Positions 61,713-64,000 of a stretch of 64,000 bases of DNA are shown here, one piece after another. Below the pieces are notes generated by a model that saw only the letters and a program-made list of their open reading frames with translations, searched no databases and was not told the DNA's origin. Made by a program: the position numbers and the translations under genes. Source of the DNA: Lama guanicoe (taxonomy: Eukaryota); contig MU053594.1 of NCBI GenBank assembly GCA_013239625.1, positions 1,864,127-1,928,126 of the forward strand, written 5' to 3'. The first letter of the stretch is position 1. The number at the start of each line of letters is the position of its first letter.

Positions 61713-62363
61713 GATCCTAATGGCTCTGCACCCGCAAGAGAAAACAGTCCAATCAAGAGGAGTTTCTGGGCCTCTCAGTGCTGCTGATATGAGTGGTGAT
61801 TTGACGTCCTTGTACCTGATGGTCAGAACACGCTTCCTCAGCCCCTGCCCTCATTTGTCTGTTTAGGGCTGGGACCCTTGACCCAGCCACTGAGGAAACT
61901 GCCCTGGCCAGCCCTAGAAGCTTTCCAGAGCACCTCTTCTTCTTCAGCCTTGGAGTTTAAGGTGTGTAAAAGGGATACTATCAAATTAACTCCAATAAAA
62001 TTAGCTCAAGTGCAGGTGCTTCAAGGGTAACCTGTTCTTTCTGCGCTTTTCTTGAGAGCAGGAGCAAAGGTAGGGGGGTCAGAACCCTACCTTCCTGCAA
62101 ACTCAACCTAGCCCCCTCATTTTGTGGAACTCCATCCACCCCCAGGTAACTCAAATACAGCTCCAAGCTAATGGTAGCAGATAAGAGACAGGCCCAGAGA
62201 AAACAGCAAGACTTGGGCCACTCACAATTCCAGGGACTCTGGACTTCTTTAAGCTTAAAACACGTCCGCCATCTCTGGGCTGCCAGCCAGTCCCCCAAAG
62301 CAGTAGATTCTCCCCCATAGCCCTAGTGATGAGATGATGAAACAGGTCCTCCCTCCCCAGGGC

Positions 62364-62612
62364 TCACACTAGGGTCCCATTCTTGTTATCATAGCGGGGT
62401 GTGGCCTGGGGGAAGCAAAGGATCGCATACTCTGTGGCATTTTCCATTTGCAGGTGCTTCACCTCCTGGGCAGAGCGTGGCTGGGTACTGCTGCACACTT
62501 GAATGTCTGCGTAATGTAAGCTGCTGTCCTCAGACCTGAGACCTTGACTCCTCTCCCGAGACGCAGGCTGCTTTAACACTTGCTCATACGTATGTCCCGC
62601 TGTGGCATGGCC
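62364..62612 (-). CDS. C11orf52: C11orf52 orthologue last coding exon (GHATAGHTYEQVL...LHYADIQVC...ENATEYA...YDNKNGTLV*)
   Basis: Acceptor CTCTCAG, TGA at 62364-62366; characteristic LHYADIQV, ENATEYA and NGTLV C-terminus; synteny upstream of DIXDC1. Confidence 0.93.
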   Translation of the reverse strand, partial: GHATAGHTYEQVLKQPASRERSQGLRSEDSSLHYADIQVCSSTQPRSAQEVKHLQMENATEYAILCFPQATPRYDNKNGTLV

Positions 62613-62848
62613 CTGAGAGGAATGGACAACATTAAGGGAGATTCTTGGCTTGATTTTGCCCCTCACCTCCAATGCAGGGTCAATTACACTGATGTTTCTT
62701 TGCTTTGCTCCATTGAGGGAATAGAGGAAACTGGGTAGAACCAGCAAGGTTATAGATGACTGAGAAGTGTCTGTCCCAGGATGGAAAAGCTGAGTCCTAG
62801 GATCCCATGTCTGAGCATCCCCTAAAAGGGACTGAGGCCTGTCTTTAC

Positions 62849-62907
62849 CTTTGTGTAACTCTGTTGCTGTTGCTGCTGCTGCTTTGGTGTCCAACTTGTG
62901 TCGTTCC
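62849..62907 (-). CDS. C11orf52: C11orf52 orthologue penultimate exon ((G)NDTSWTPKQQQQQQQSYTK)
   Basis: 59 nt, acceptor TCCCAG, donor AAG|GTAAAG, phases 1-0 consistent with neighbours. Confidence 0.85.
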
Positions 62908-63888
62908 CTGGGAGGAAGAAATATGACTTAAATCCATTTTCTCTTCCTGCTCTCTTTGAAGACTGCCCTCTTCAAATCTCTATTAAAGTATCATGGTGGG
63001 CTTCTAACTAATCTCCCTGTGTCTCCTCTCATCTCTCACTCCTTTGCAGAGTATCCAACCTGGCCCTTGCACAATCTGCCCATAACATCTTCCATCCTAA
63101 GTTTTCACTGGCCCCTCACATAGTTCAACAAATGTATGTTGAGAGCCGACTGTATGCCGGGCTCTGTACCACATTCTGGGGACAGAAGGATAAGTAAGCT
63201 GTTTTCTTCGCTTCTGGGAGTTTATAGTCTGTTCAGGGAGTCACATAAGAGTATACACACTATTACAGGGCAACGTGGTTAGAGCTCAGCTACGCCAAAC
63301 ATTCGGTCACTTTCCGTCAAGTCACTCTCTTTCTTCCTTCCTTCCTTTCTTTTTTTCTTTCTTTCATATTTCTCTCTCTCTTTCTTTCTTTTTTTTTTTC
63401 TTTCTCCATGAGATAATTCCCCTGCCTAAAATATCCCCTCCTCTCTGCTCCTCTTCTAACGTGTGACCTTGCTTCACTGGTGTTTTCGGAAGCACTAGTA
63501 GACGGAATTACAATTACTTGCTTACATGTATCTCTCTCTCAAATTTGGTTTTCAGCTCTTTTAGGGCCGAGACCACGTGCCCTTCCTCTTGGGCCTCTCT
63601 GCCTCCTTGGGGCCCTGCAGAGTGCCTCACATACAGTATAAGTATTCAGTAAATTTTTGCTGGATGAATGAAAGAATGAGCAACAACCTTGCCACTCTGA
63701 GATGATGGAAAGGATGAGACTCTGAGTTTCAGAACTGGTCTTGAACCCAGCAACTTAAAGATTAATTTTGGTGATCTGTCTCCTTTTAGTCCTTGCCCGT
63801 TAGGCCCTTTCTAAAGACATTGGTTCTATTCTCTTCTCTAATTTGCACCCCCACTCCAGAATCCCCCCACCCTCCCAACTTCCGTTAC

Positions 63889-63926
63889 CCATTTTCTTTT
63901 TCCTCTGGAAAGTTGATGGGCATCTC
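63889..63926 (-). CDS. C11orf52: C11orf52 orthologue internal coding exon ((W)RCPSTFQRKKKM(G))
   Basis: 38 nt, acceptor TCACAG, donor G|GTAACG; similar to recalled human WSCPSTFQKKKKT. Confidence 0.88.
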
Positions 63927-64000
63927 CTGTGAAGGGAAAAACAAATCACTCACATGTGAGAACCTGGGCTCTACCTTCCCTCTACATCATTTGCTGTGTA

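Noticed and set aside
62613..62894. N-terminal half of the 176-aa ORF 62364..62894 as a single-exon gene
   Set aside because: It reads through an intron; canonical splice sites at 62849 and 62612 give the proper C11orf52 frame.

Overview
Mammalian genomic DNA, most likely from a camelid, judging by abundant Vic-1-like tRNA-derived SINEs and cetartiodactyl-type L1/LTRs. The minus strand carries most of DIXDC1 (Dixin/Ccd1, a Wnt-pathway CH/coiled-coil/DIX protein). I traced 17 coding exons with GT-AG boundaries and consistent phases; the DIX-domain exons lie beyond base 1. There are three CpG-rich promoter regions with three alternative N-termini: MLACLTRG... (~53 kb), MGGTQVKC (~21 kb) and MGTQVAMR... 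(~59.5/61.2 kb). Immediately upstream, also on the minus strand, are the last three coding exons and 3' UTR of the C11orf52 orthologue. Introns are rich in L1, L2, MIR, hAT/Tigger MITEs, SINEs and four TSD-flanked solo ERV1-type LTRs. The most unusual structures are: two TSD-bounded, ORF2-less (half-L1-like) retroposons, each with apparent 3'-transduced cargo; an intact antisense solo LTR with NF-Y/Oct/Sox/TATA signals; a convergent CTCF motif pair; a strong Z-DNA tract at the main promoter; and apparently lost splice sites relative to mouse. No wholly new gene system can be demonstrated from sequence alone. Gene and repeat-family names come from recall, not database searches, and repeat boundaries without TSDs are approximate.
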